Under the pieces are notes generated by a model. The model worked only from the letters and a program-made list of their open reading frames with translations. It did no database searches and had not been told where the DNA came from. From Candidatus Cloacimonadales bacterium (GTDB lineage Bacteria; Cloacimonadota; Cloacimonadia; Cloacimonadales; JAIOQZ01): a DNA stretch of 64,000 nucleotides. Within the stretch, counting starts at the first letter, position 1, and each line of letters opens with the position of its first letter. The stretch lies in the NCBI GenBank assembly GCA_963674825.1, contig OY771587.1, forward strand, positions 1,120,001 through 1,184,000, given 5' to 3'. Shown here one piece after another: positions 29,539-38,948 of this stretch. A program made the position numbers and the translations under genes.

Positions 29539-31154
29539 GAATCCTGATCATCAACCTCACCCGCATGGGCGATATAATCCAAACGCTCGGGCTGGTCAAT
29601 GGCCTCTACGAGAAGTATCCCAACGCCGAGATCGACTACCTTGCGATGTCCTCGTTCAAGAAGATCCTGGAAAACTTCCCACGTATCCATCGCGTCATCG
29701 CGATCGACGATCAACCCGTCGTCGAAGGAATCAACGAGGATTACAGACCCGCGTTTATCGAGATCCAACGGGTCATCAAAGAGCTCGCCACTCGCGATTA
29801 CGACATCGTGGTCAACCCGGTGGTATCCATACAGTCTTCCATATTATGCGTGATGATCCCCGCGAAAGAAAAGCTTGGCATGATCATGAACCGCGACCGC
29901 GAGCAGTCCATCAACTCGGAATGGACAGCCTGCCATCTCGCGAACGAGCACAACCTGGGAGATCGCACCTTCAACCTGGTGGATATCTTCGCCGGCGTTG
30001 GAGGCGCACGCGTGCGTCAGGAGCTTTTTCAGCTCCAACCATCCGCAGAAGCGGAGCAGTTCGCGAAGAAGCTCTGGGATAACGACATGCCCGTGATCGG
30101 ATTCCATATCGGAGCCAGCCAGTCGAACAAAGCCTGGGAGCCGGAGAAATTCCATCGCGTCATCGAGATGCTGTTGCTTGATCGGAACAGTCGGATCGTA
30201 CTGCTTGGCGGCTACAAGGAAGCCTCCCTGAAGCCGCTTTTTAGCGACATCCGCGACGGCAACTTCATCGATATGATCGGCGGATGCAACCTGGATCAGC
30301 TCACCGCGGTGATCGGCAGGCTCGACCTCCTCGTCACCAACGACACCGGCCCCATGCACATCGCCGCCTCGCGTGATATTCCCATCCTGAATCTTTCGCT
30401 CGGGCCTGTGAGCTTGTGGGAAACGGGTCCCTACAGCGAAAAGTCGGTGATCCTTCAAGCGGACATCGATTGCCATCCGTGCCGGTTCGACACGCTTTGC
30501 AGTCACCTCAACTGCCACCACTATATCACCCCTGAAGCGGTCTATCGCACCGCGACTTCGATGACCGCCCAACAGCCCATTTCCGAGCAACCGAACATCC
30601 TCACATGGAAGGGCCTGAAGGACATCTTCGGCTTGCAGCACCAGGTGCCGGCCAACCGGCGCACCATCCGCAAGCAGGAATTCCTCTTCGAGTGCAAACG
30701 CGCCATCTGGGCCCTGACACTGCTTCGTGATCTCGATCCCGATACGGACTGGGCTGATAAAGCGCTGGAGTACTTCGATCGCTTCTACGATGTCCCGGCT
30801 CTCGATTTCAGCTACGAAATCGAGCGTCTGACCCGGCTGCACGACATGGTGAAACGTTATGTGGAGCTTCTGGAAGGCCTCTATGCCATTACCGGACGCG
30901 ACAAGAAATCAATTGACAAAATCAAGAGTTCGTGGAGCGCTGTTAAACAATTGAAACAGGAGATATTGGACGATGCCCGGCAATTTTCCGGCATGTTCGA
31001 CCTCTTCCATTTCGCGTCGTTTCGTGAAAGCGCTCTCATCGGCGACGACATGCGCGAACTGGTAAGACGAACCACCGATATCTACCGGAATCTCGAACTG
31101 CAGCTCGCCGTGATGCTGCGAATGCTAAACGAAAAACAGGGAGGTCCTCGATGA
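29535..31154 (+). CDS. Glycosyltransferase family 9 (heptosyltransferase-like) with C-terminal helical extension
   Basis: 'RMGDIIQ', 'LLVTNDTGPMHIAA', 'CHPC...C...C'. Confidence 0.88.
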   Translation: MRILIINLTRMGDIIQTLGLVNGLYEKYPNAEIDYLAMSSFKKILENFPRIHRVIAIDDQPVVEGINEDYRPAFIEIQRVIKELATRDYDIVVNPVVSIQSSILCVMIPAKEKLGMIMNRDREQSINSEWTACHLANEHNLGDRTFNLVDIFAGVGGARVRQELFQLQPSAEAEQFAKKLWDNDMPVIGFHIGASQSNKAWEPEKFHRVIEMLLLDRNSRIVLLGGYKEASLKPLFSDIRDGNFIDMIGGCNLDQLTAVIGRLDLLVTNDTGPMHIAASRDIPILNLSLGPVSLWETGPYSEKSVILQADIDCHPCRFDTLCSHLNCHHYITPEAVYRTATSMTAQQPISEQPNILTWKGLKDIFGLQHQVPANRRTIRKQEFLFECKRAIWALTLLRDLDPDTDWADKALEYFDRFYDVPALDFSYEIERLTRLHDMVKRYVELLEGLYAITGRDKKSIDKIKSSWSAVKQLKQEILDDARQFSGMFDLFHFASFRESALIGDDMRELVRRTTDIYRNLELQLAVMLRMLNEKQGGPR

Positions 31155-31732
31155 AAATCCGAGTCAACGGAGTCGAGAAAACATTTGATATTTCAACCGT
31201 GGAAAACCTTGGTAACGTGCTTGCCAAGCTGAATCTGTCACCCACGCAGCTCATCACCGCGATCAACCTCAACGATCGCCCCCTCGAATCCGACTGGCAC
31301 CAGAAGCAGGACCGCATCTACGTCATGAACGAAGACGAGATGGAAGTCACCTGCGAGGATGCAGCCGTGATCGGAAAACGCGCCTTCCTGATTACCCAGG
31401 AGCAGTTCGGGCAGCTAATCGAAGACCTCGAACAAACCGCCCAGGGCTTCCGTCTGGACGACGAGACAACCGCCAACACGCGCCTCATCCAGTCCATCGA
31501 GAACCTGCAAGCCTTCTTCACCGTGCTGCAGGAAGCGTTCGTGCTCATGGGCAGAGACTTCAATTCCACCCAGTTCGGTGACACCAACGGCCAAGATTAC
31601 ATCAAGGCCTTCAGCGGCAAGCTCTCCGAACTGATCGACGTCCAGCAAAGCAAAGACTGGGTCTTGCTCGCCGACATGATCGAATATGAACTGGTGCCGG
31701 TACTGAAAAAGGTGGAAGGTATATACAGCTAA
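31151..31732 (+). CDS. Hypothetical protein of the type found in flagellar glycosylation loci
   Basis: C-terminal 'DWVLLADMIEYELVP'. Translationally coupled to the GT9 gene. Confidence 0.6.
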   Translation: MKIRVNGVEKTFDISTVENLGNVLAKLNLSPTQLITAINLNDRPLESDWHQKQDRIYVMNEDEMEVTCEDAAVIGKRAFLITQEQFGQLIEDLEQTAQGFRLDDETTANTRLIQSIENLQAFFTVLQEAFVLMGRDFNSTQFGDTNGQDYIKAFSGKLSELIDVQQSKDWVLLADMIEYELVPVLKKVEGIYS

Positions 31733-31903
31733 CTCCTCCCGCAGCTTCTGCATCGCTATAGCATCAAATTTTCATTGACGAATCGCAATATCTTAAAGAA
31801 TGACTTGCATGGAAACAGCGCCAGAATTTTCTGGTGTACGCATACACCAGCGCTACATTGTTTGTAGAATGCTGAATCGTTGATTATTGCAAGGCAGGAA
31901 ATT

Positions 31904-32263
31904 ATGTTACGCACAATGTTGCTCTCGAAAGTTCATCAGGCGGTGATCACAGAGACCGACCTTGAATACGTCGGAAGCATCACCATAGACGAAGATATCC
32001 TCAAGGCGACGGGGATGGTCGAATTTGAGAAGGTCGCCATCTTCGATATCGACAACGGTAATCGATTCGAGACCTACATCCTCAAAGGCGAAGCCGGATC
32101 CGGCGTGATCGGTGTCAACGGCGCTGCGGCCAGAATGGTGCATCGCGGCGACAAGATCATCGTTGTAAACTACGGCCACCTCACACCCGAAGAGATGAAG
32201 GATCACAAGCCAACCGTCGTCGTGATCGACAGCCCTGACAACAAGAAATGGCATCGGATATGA
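31904..32263 (+). CDS. panD: Aspartate 1-decarboxylase
   Basis: 'SKVH', autocleavage site 'YVGSITID', 'NGNRFETY', 'NGAAAR'. Confidence 0.96.
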   Translation: MLRTMLLSKVHQAVITETDLEYVGSITIDEDILKATGMVEFEKVAIFDIDNGNRFETYILKGEAGSGVIGVNGAAARMVHRGDKIIVVNYGHLTPEEMKDHKPTVVVIDSPDNKKWHRI

Positions 32264-33102
32264 CACCCGTCGTACTCGAGACTATCAAGCAAACGCGCGA
32301 AAAATCGCTCAGCTTGCTGCGCGAAGGACTCGTGATCGGGTTCGTGCCTACTATGGGCTATCTGCACGAAGGGCATCTTAGTCTGGTTCGTACGGCAAAG
32401 CAGGACTGTGACGTCGTCTTCGCAAGCATCTTCGTCAATCCCACCCAATTCGGCCCCACCGAGGACCTCGCCACTTACCCACGTGATCTCGACCGCGATC
32501 TGGAACTCTTGGGAAGCGAGGGCGTCGACTACGTCTTTTTCCCCAGCAACGAAATGATGTATCCGCAAGGTTACAAGACCTACATCACGGTCGAAGAGAT
32601 CAGCGGCATCCTCTGCGGCAAATCGCGCCCCACACATTTCCGTGGTGTAGCGACGGTCGTCGCCAAGCTGATGAACATCGTTATGCCGCACCGCATGTAT
32701 ATGGGAGAAAAAGACTTCCAGCAGGTTGTAGTGCTCGAGACCATGATTCGCGACCTGAATTTCTCCACGCGCATCGTCCGCTGCCCCATCGTACGAGAGG
32801 AAGACGGACTGGCGATGTCGAGCCGCAACAAATACCTCGACCCCCAGCAGCGCAAACAGGCCCTGTGCCTGCATGAATCGATGCAGATTGCGAAGCGGAT
32901 GTTCGCCGAGGGAATCACGGAAACGGAGAAGCTCCGCGCGGCCATGCAGCAGCACATCGAATCCATTGGCGGTGTTATCGACTACATCGAGTTCGTCGAT
33001 TCTACTTCACTGGAATCCCTCGATCAGGTTTCTACGGGCAACAGGATTCTGCTGGCGGTCAAGATCGGTTCCACGCGCTTAATCGACAACACACAAGTCT
33101 GA
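32260..33102 (+). CDS. panC: Pantoate--beta-alanine ligase
   Basis: 'FVPTMGYLHEGH', 'FVNPTQF', 'GEKDFQQ', 'LAMSSRN', 'RLIDN'. Confidence 0.97.
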   Translation: MTPVVLETIKQTREKSLSLLREGLVIGFVPTMGYLHEGHLSLVRTAKQDCDVVFASIFVNPTQFGPTEDLATYPRDLDRDLELLGSEGVDYVFFPSNEMMYPQGYKTYITVEEISGILCGKSRPTHFRGVATVVAKLMNIVMPHRMYMGEKDFQQVVVLETMIRDLNFSTRIVRCPIVREEDGLAMSSRNKYLDPQQRKQALCLHESMQIAKRMFAEGITETEKLRAAMQQHIESIGGVIDYIEFVDSTSLESLDQVSTGNRILLAVKIGSTRLIDNTQV

Positions 33103-33118
33103 GATAGAGGATCGCTTC

Positions 33119-34216
33119 ATGGAACAAATGGATGTCCTGGTAATCGGAGCAGGCGCCGTAGGACTGGCGGTGGGCAATGAACTCGCGGGAACGTGTGGCG
33201 ACGTGGTGGTCGTCGAACAGGAAGATTCGTTCGGCAGGCACACCAGCAGCCGTAACAGCGAAGTGATCCACTCCGGGATATACTACCCGCAAGGCACTCT
33301 CAAGGCTACGCTTTGCCTCGAAGGCAGCCAACTTCTCTATCAATTCTGCGATGAGCACGGCATCCCACACAGCAACTGCGGTAAAATCGTTGTCGCCACC
33401 AAGGAAGACGAGCTGGAAGCACTGCAGAAGCTTTACCAGAACGGGCTCAACAACCACGTGCAGGGCCTGGAAATCATCGACGGCAGCAAATGCCACGAGA
33501 TAGAACCACAAATCAGCGCGATTCGCGGCCTGTGGGTTCCCAGCACCGGTATTTTCGACACCCATTCCTACATGAAGAAACTCAGCCAGCTCATCGAAGA
33601 TAACGACGGCTTTGTGATCTACGACATGAAGGTGGAACGCATCGAGAAGATCGACGATGGCTATCGAGTTTATTTCGAGAATGGCGAAGTCTTCCAGACG
33701 CGCATTCTCGTTAATTGCGGCGGACTTTTTTGCGGCCAGGTAGCGAAGATGGCTGGTATCGAGACAACCGAAGCCGACCTGGATATCCACTGGTGCAAGG
33801 GTGAGTATTTCAAAACAACCCACATTCACGGCATCAATCACCTGGTTTACCCCATGCCCGATCCTCAGGGTAAATTTCTCGGTATCCACCTGACCATCAA
33901 CCTCAACGGCGAGGTTCGCTTCGGCCCCAACGCCTACTACGTTGACGAGATCGATTACCGCCTGGACGAAACCAACAAACCGGAGTTCCTGGCAGCGGTG
34001 AAGCAGTATATCGACGTGGACGAAGAATTTTTCACACCCGATGATTGCGGCATTCGTCCCAAACTGCAAAAACCCGGCGGTGCGTTCAGGGACTTCTACA
34101 TCGAAGAAGAATCGAAGCGCGGCCTGCCCGGATTCATCAACCTCATGGGCATCGAATCCCCCGGCCTCACGGCGTCGCTGGCCATTGCGAAAAAAGTCAG
34201 AGCGCTGATCTCGTAG
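33119..34216 (+). CDS. FAD-dependent oxidoreductase, L-2-hydroxyglutarate oxidase (LhgO)-like
   Basis: GAGAVG, 'TSSRNSEVIHSGIYY', 'GIESPGLT'. Confidence 0.88.
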   Translation: MEQMDVLVIGAGAVGLAVGNELAGTCGDVVVVEQEDSFGRHTSSRNSEVIHSGIYYPQGTLKATLCLEGSQLLYQFCDEHGIPHSNCGKIVVATKEDELEALQKLYQNGLNNHVQGLEIIDGSKCHEIEPQISAIRGLWVPSTGIFDTHSYMKKLSQLIEDNDGFVIYDMKVERIEKIDDGYRVYFENGEVFQTRILVNCGGLFCGQVAKMAGIETTEADLDIHWCKGEYFKTTHIHGINHLVYPMPDPQGKFLGIHLTINLNGEVRFGPNAYYVDEIDYRLDETNKPEFLAAVKQYIDVDEEFFTPDDCGIRPKLQKPGGAFRDFYIEEESKRGLPGFINLMGIESPGLTASLAIAKKVRALIS

Positions 34217-34383
34217 ATTATACCTCGAAAATCGGCACTATCAGTTAATCAAATAGCGAAAATTTCCTGAATTAGATTCTATACAGCATTGAGATCAATT
34301 TTTCATTTGACAATAATTTTTCTTCACCCTACAAATTGGCCATCCACTTAACAGGACTATAGGGCAATGAAATAGGAGGGTGT

Positions 34384-35961
34384 ATGAAAACTGTATTGAT
34401 GGTATTAATTCTGGCATTGGCATTCCAACTGACTGCGTTGATGGATTTCACGCAGATGAACAACATTTCGATCGAGAACGGAACCTATTCTTACGCGGAA
34501 ATGAAATCCGTCCAGGGCGAAGACTGCATCATCGTCTATTCACAAGACATGAACAATATCTACCTGACCATTTGCGATACCGACGGCAACACATTAGATA
34601 CGATGTCCCTCGCGATGACGGATAGCACAAGTAACCGCAAGATGTGTTATTTTGAGTTTGAGGATGAGCCGTACCTTGTTGTGACTCGGATTGTGAAAGA
34701 TGATAGAATATACAATGGTAACAACTGGACGGAACCTATTCATTTCGTTTGTGAAATCCTGTCGTTAACGGGCAACGAAAGCATTGATGAACACATCGTC
34801 GATACAACTGCAAGTGAATACCATCATGACAGCTCGTGTACTGTCATGCGGAACTGCTCAGGGTCGACAACAAAGTGCGTGACATGCTATGATGATGTAA
34901 ATCCATGCACCCTTTATGTTTCCTTTCGACAAACGTACTCTCAACAGTCATATTATGATGAATTATCCTACAGTGACTACGGGGATATCTCAATAATGAG
35001 CCAAGTTCACTTCAACAACAGCAATGACATCAGCTATTCGTTCGTTGACGACATTGGCCTTGATATAATTTCGGGAATCGCCGAGGGATATCCGGCAATA
35101 TGTGTTGGGCGTCATGCATCAAAAAATGTGTATAACGATTATCGTGAAACTTCCATCTCTGTGGACAATTATATTTACGCCAATAATAATATTGTATCCA
35201 GAGATTTATATATATACGGGTCGCACATGTCTGCATATAATTCAGATCGTTACCTGTTACTTTCGGATAACTATCCCGGAGATGCCAATTCTCTCGTTTT
35301 CTTATCTGTTGAATACGACTGGGATAGTGACTCATTAGACTACATATTCAGCGGATGCAGTATGTCGGGGGCATTAATATGGTCAACGGATGAGACAAAT
35401 CTGATTGAAAGCGACTTTCTCACAGGAACAAGCGCTTCTTGTTGCTTCCATGATGTAAATAACACCCCACTGACAGTTTACTTTGCTCCTAGTACCAATA
35501 ATTACGAAGTACGTGACATGACCAACGGCGATATCACAGACAGCGGAGAAGCGCCGTTCACCCCTGTGAATATTGAGCGAATCGAAGATGAGACGCTTGT
35601 CTATCTGGCACCAACGAATGAAGGCGTGGAGGTATGGCACGGCACCTACACCGTCGGAATCGACGACCCGACCGACAGCCCAGCGCTCGAGCTTACAGCC
35701 GGCAATTACCCGAATCCGTTCAATCCCACCACCACGATCAGCTACTCGCTGCCATCGAGCGGCATGGTGGAAGTCAGCGTGTTCAATACCCGCGGTCAGC
35801 TTGTCAGAACGCTGGTGCATGAGAAGATGGACACCGGCAATTTTGAAGTGGTGTGGCATGGAGATGATGAAAATGGGAAGCCCGTATCATCAGGAATTTA
35901 CCTTTATCGCGTGCAGGCAGACAACCGCACGATAACAGGTAAGATGTTGATGCTGAAATAA
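34384..35961 (+). CDS. Secreted protein with C-terminal FlgD-Ig/T9SS-type sorting domain
   Basis: Signal peptide and 'NYPNPFNPTTTISY...WHGDD...SSGIYLYR...GKMLMLK'. Confidence 0.85.
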   Translation: MKTVLMVLILALAFQLTALMDFTQMNNISIENGTYSYAEMKSVQGEDCIIVYSQDMNNIYLTICDTDGNTLDTMSLAMTDSTSNRKMCYFEFEDEPYLVVTRIVKDDRIYNGNNWTEPIHFVCEILSLTGNESIDEHIVDTTASEYHHDSSCTVMRNCSGSTTKCVTCYDDVNPCTLYVSFRQTYSQQSYYDELSYSDYGDISIMSQVHFNNSNDISYSFVDDIGLDIISGIAEGYPAICVGRHASKNVYNDYRETSISVDNYIYANNNIVSRDLYIYGSHMSAYNSDRYLLLSDNYPGDANSLVFLSVEYDWDSDSLDYIFSGCSMSGALIWSTDETNLIESDFLTGTSASCCFHDVNNTPLTVYFAPSTNNYEVRDMTNGDITDSGEAPFTPVNIERIEDETLVYLAPTNEGVEVWHGTYTVGIDDPTDSPALELTAGNYPNPFNPTTTISYSLPSSGMVEVSVFNTRGQLVRTLVHEKMDTGNFEVVWHGDDENGKPVSSGIYLYRVQADNRTITGKMLMLK

Positions 35962-35985
35962 ATTTGCTTTAGATAAGGAGGATTC

Positions 35986-37536
35986 ATGAAAACTGTACTG
36001 GTTACTCTAATGCTCGTGCTGGCTTTCCAGCTGGCTGCTGAAATGGAATTCACACAGAAGAACACGATCTCGATCCCAAATGGTGTATACTCCTTTGCAG
36101 AACTCAGATATGTTCAGGGAGAAGAACAGATTGTCGTGTACTCGAAGGACACGAACAATTTCTACCTCACTTTCTGCGATAAAGATGGAAACATTCTGGA
36201 GACAATGTCTCTGGCAATGCCCTACGATACAATATACAGCCGGATGAGCTACTTCGAATGGGATGATATCCCGTACGTCGTAGTGAATTCCGTGGCAAGA
36301 ACCGATAGCGTGGTGAACAATAACAGCTGCCAGATACACAGCTATTCCACTTTTTCGCTCTATAACCTTCAATCGGGTGAATGCACGGTATCCGATACCG
36401 TTAGAAGCTACCTCACCGATTACTCCTGGGAAAGTTCAATGGGTTATCAGGACTATCATATCTATAATGTCAGAACCAACCAACCCATCGCCACATACGG
36501 CCCCGGTTATAACGGTATATTGCTGTCCGCCCCCTATAACCTCACAGAGGTTATCTATAATGCGCAGTATGGCAATATCTTTGAATATACTACCAATTAT
36601 TCGTTCTATTGCAGGAAAACGGTTATCTCTCCGGATGAGATCACGCACAACTGCATCGAGCAGTATGGTCACACTGAAATTGAGGGACACATAGCGGATA
36701 ATCCCAGAATATCCTCCAGCTACACGCAAACGCTTAACTTCCAGGATCCGTATATGACGGATATCTTTATCTATTGGAATGGACAAGCCAATTTTATGGC
36801 GGAGAATATGGGCGAAACAAGTCTGCACCCATTCCTGCTCATCTCGGATCATTACCCGGCACAACCGCAGAGTTTCACTGTCTGGGAAACGCAATACAAT
36901 GGTGAACCTCAGGTCAGTGAATTTGACCTGGAAGGAAACCGTATCTGGTCACAGCAAGATACTTCCATGCCCATGACGGTCGCATTCGAGAATCTCTCAT
37001 TCCGGCCCGTATCCTGCTGTTTCGGAGCAGCGCAGAGCGTAGCTTATACCGTCTATTTCGGGATAACCGGCGACAATTATGAAGTCCGGAATCGAATCAA
37101 CGGTCACCTGATGGACTCTGGCGAAGCACCGTTTTCTCCAGACAACATAGATCGCATGGCTGATGAAACACTGGTCTTCCTCGCACCCATTTACCAGGGC
37201 GTGGAAGTGTGGCACGGGAACTACCCCGTCAGCGTTGACGACCCCACCGAAAGTCCGGAGTTGGAGCTTACCGTAGGAAACTACCCAAATCCGTTCAATC
37301 CCACCACCACGATCAGCTATTCGCTGCCATCGAATGGCATGGCGGAAGTCAGCGTGTTCAATACGCGCGGTCAGCGGGTCAAAACGTTGGTTAACGAGAA
37401 GATGGAAGCAGGTGATCATGAAGTCGTATGGCATGGCGATGATGAAAATGGAATGGCTGTGTCGTCCGGAATCTATCTGTATCGCGTGCAGGCAAATGAC
37501 CGCATCGTCACTGGGAAGATGTTGATGTTAAAATAA
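35986..37536 (+). CDS. Secreted protein with C-terminal FlgD-Ig/T9SS-type sorting domain, tandem paralog of the previous gene
   Basis: Similar N- and C-termini to 34384-35961 with a divergent middle. Confidence 0.85.
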   Translation: MKTVLVTLMLVLAFQLAAEMEFTQKNTISIPNGVYSFAELRYVQGEEQIVVYSKDTNNFYLTFCDKDGNILETMSLAMPYDTIYSRMSYFEWDDIPYVVVNSVARTDSVVNNNSCQIHSYSTFSLYNLQSGECTVSDTVRSYLTDYSWESSMGYQDYHIYNVRTNQPIATYGPGYNGILLSAPYNLTEVIYNAQYGNIFEYTTNYSFYCRKTVISPDEITHNCIEQYGHTEIEGHIADNPRISSSYTQTLNFQDPYMTDIFIYWNGQANFMAENMGETSLHPFLLISDHYPAQPQSFTVWETQYNGEPQVSEFDLEGNRIWSQQDTSMPMTVAFENLSFRPVSCCFGAAQSVAYTVYFGITGDNYEVRNRINGHLMDSGEAPFSPDNIDRMADETLVFLAPIYQGVEVWHGNYPVSVDDPTESPELELTVGNYPNPFNPTTTISYSLPSNGMAEVSVFNTRGQRVKTLVNEKMEAGDHEVVWHGDDENGMAVSSGIYLYRVQANDRIVTGKMLMLK

Positions 37537-37636
37537 TTTCGGCTTTTGCGTAGCAAAAACGAAATGGTCGAACGAAAGCCTTTCGCGAAGCGAAATAGCG
37601 AAAGTGGAACGTCGGCTTTTGCGCAGCAAAAAACGA
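37537..37636. repeat. Cluster of GNA-loop hairpin repeats (REP-like), copy 1
   Basis: TCGGC-TTTTGC-GTA-GCAAAA-ACGA; CCTTTCGCGAAGCGAAATAGCGAAAGTGGA; TCGGC-TTTTGC-GCA-GCAAAA-AACGA. Confidence 0.75.
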
Positions 37637-37654
37637 GATTTACTGTGCTATCTT

Positions 37655-37681
37655 GTAGGGGCAATCCACTGTGATTGCCCT
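37655..37681 (+). repeat. GTAG-type REP element
   Basis: GTAG followed by the palindrome GGGCAATC-CACTGT-GATTGCCC. Confidence 0.6.
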
Positions 37682-38000
37682 TTTCTTATGGAACGCGAAC
37701 GTCTATGAATTTGTTTGCAAATTCGAATCCCCATGATCGTCCGCATTGGTTTTCAGGTCCTATGTAATCATGTTCCAATGTTGATTTCATTGATATTGGA
37801 TAGAGAAGAAGAGAGATGCCAAGCTTAGGGGATTCGATTTATCAGACTGCGTCTGAAAATCACAGGTACTTGGCGATCCAGGGAGAATAAATGCACTGCA
37901 GGAGCTCTGCGCATTCATACTGAAGGCTAGCCCTGAGATCAAGCATTCGAAAGTAACACTGGAACCTCACTGTCTCACTACCCATCGTTACGCAGGATAC

Positions 38001-38027
38001 AAAAAAACGCCCCCGAAATGGAGGCGT
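38001..38027 (-). terminator. Rho-independent terminator
   Basis: Minus strand ACGCCTCC...GGGGGCGT followed by a T run. Confidence 0.6.
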
Positions 38028-38050
38028 GTAATGCTAAGAACTGAATCCCC

Positions 38051-38323
38051 TTAATCCGCAGTCTCAAACTCCTCAACTATTGTGCCATCAATGTAGAGCT
38101 TTTTGGGGCGACTTGGCATTCCGGTTTTCTTGATTTTGTCGCTGTCACCTTCTTCGACATGACGCCAGATTTCCCATTGTTCACCATCACCATCGATGCA
38201 AAACGTAATACCCTTACGGGTAAAGTCATCGATGATAAATTGGATGGAGTCAAGAGGTTCCGCCTTTGTGACAGGGATACAGAAATTCTTTTTGTCGTAA
38301 CAAAATCTCGAATCCTTTTTCAT
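38051..38323 (-). CDS. Hypothetical protein, 90 aa
   Basis: GGAGGTG RBS, protein-like composition, followed by a terminator. Confidence 0.7.
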   Translation of the reverse strand: MKKDSRFCYDKKNFCIPVTKAEPLDSIQFIIDDFTRKGITFCIDGDGEQWEIWRHVEEGDSDKIKKTGMPSRPKKLYIDGTIVEEFETAD

Positions 38324-38335
38324 ATCACCTCCAGT

Positions 38336-38935
38336 TTATTCGTTGAATCTGAACACTTGATAACTTCCGACATCGTCGATCCAGAGGATTCGATCCGATG
38401 TGGAATTGATCGTAATGATGATGCGTGCAAAACGGGCATAACTGTTATAAATGGCGGAGTTGAACTCGATCTTCTGCCAGTCTTCGTCAGCGGTAACGAC
38501 GTGGATATCCTGATCCAGCTTGTTACCCTCCTCATCGAAAACAATGAAGAAGCATTCGATTCGATCGCCCGATTCCCGGCTTGCCCGTATATTGATGTGA
38601 TTGTAGTATGCTGTGAAAGGCTCTACAGCAAAGGATTCCGAAATCAGGCTGACCGTGTTCTTCTCGCCTTTAATTCGGATGCATCGCTCCCCCTCGATAG
38701 CACCCGTATCGACCCAGCTAACCTCGGATATGTCGCTCTTCGCGCGCATAACCATCCAGTCCGCCGGGAGCGAGCTCGGGTTATAGACACCATAAACTCC
38801 GTCTTCAAAGCCCGGATTCGCGATAAGATTGGGTTTGCCTTCCGCATCTGCCGCGGTGAAGTTCAGGGTTGAACCAAAGAAACATCCCGCCAGCAACGCG
38901 ATGATCAGAAACGATCCTGCTATGATTCTCTTCAT
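38336..38935 (-). CDS. Lipoprotein with carbohydrate-binding (CBM4/9-like) domain
   Basis: LAGC lipobox, 'NLIANPGFEDG', 'WIDDV'. Confidence 0.7.
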   Translation of the reverse strand: MKRIIAGSFLIIALLAGCFFGSTLNFTAADAEGKPNLIANPGFEDGVYGVYNPSSLPADWMVMRAKSDISEVSWVDTGAIEGERCIRIKGEKNTVSLISESFAVEPFTAYYNHINIRASRESGDRIECFFIVFDEEGNKLDQDIHVVTADEDWQKIEFNSAIYNSYARFARIIITINSTSDRILWIDDVGSYQVFRFNE

Positions 38936-38948
38936 CTCCTCCCTCATA

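Noticed and set aside
34384..37536. Diversity-generating retroelement target
   Set aside because: No reverse transcriptase, and no template/variable repeat pair with adenine-specific differences is visible.
37537..37681. Hairpin repeats as CRISPR repeats or integron attC sites
   Set aside because: No regular spacers, no RYYYAAC/GTTRRRY ends, and no cas or integrase gene.
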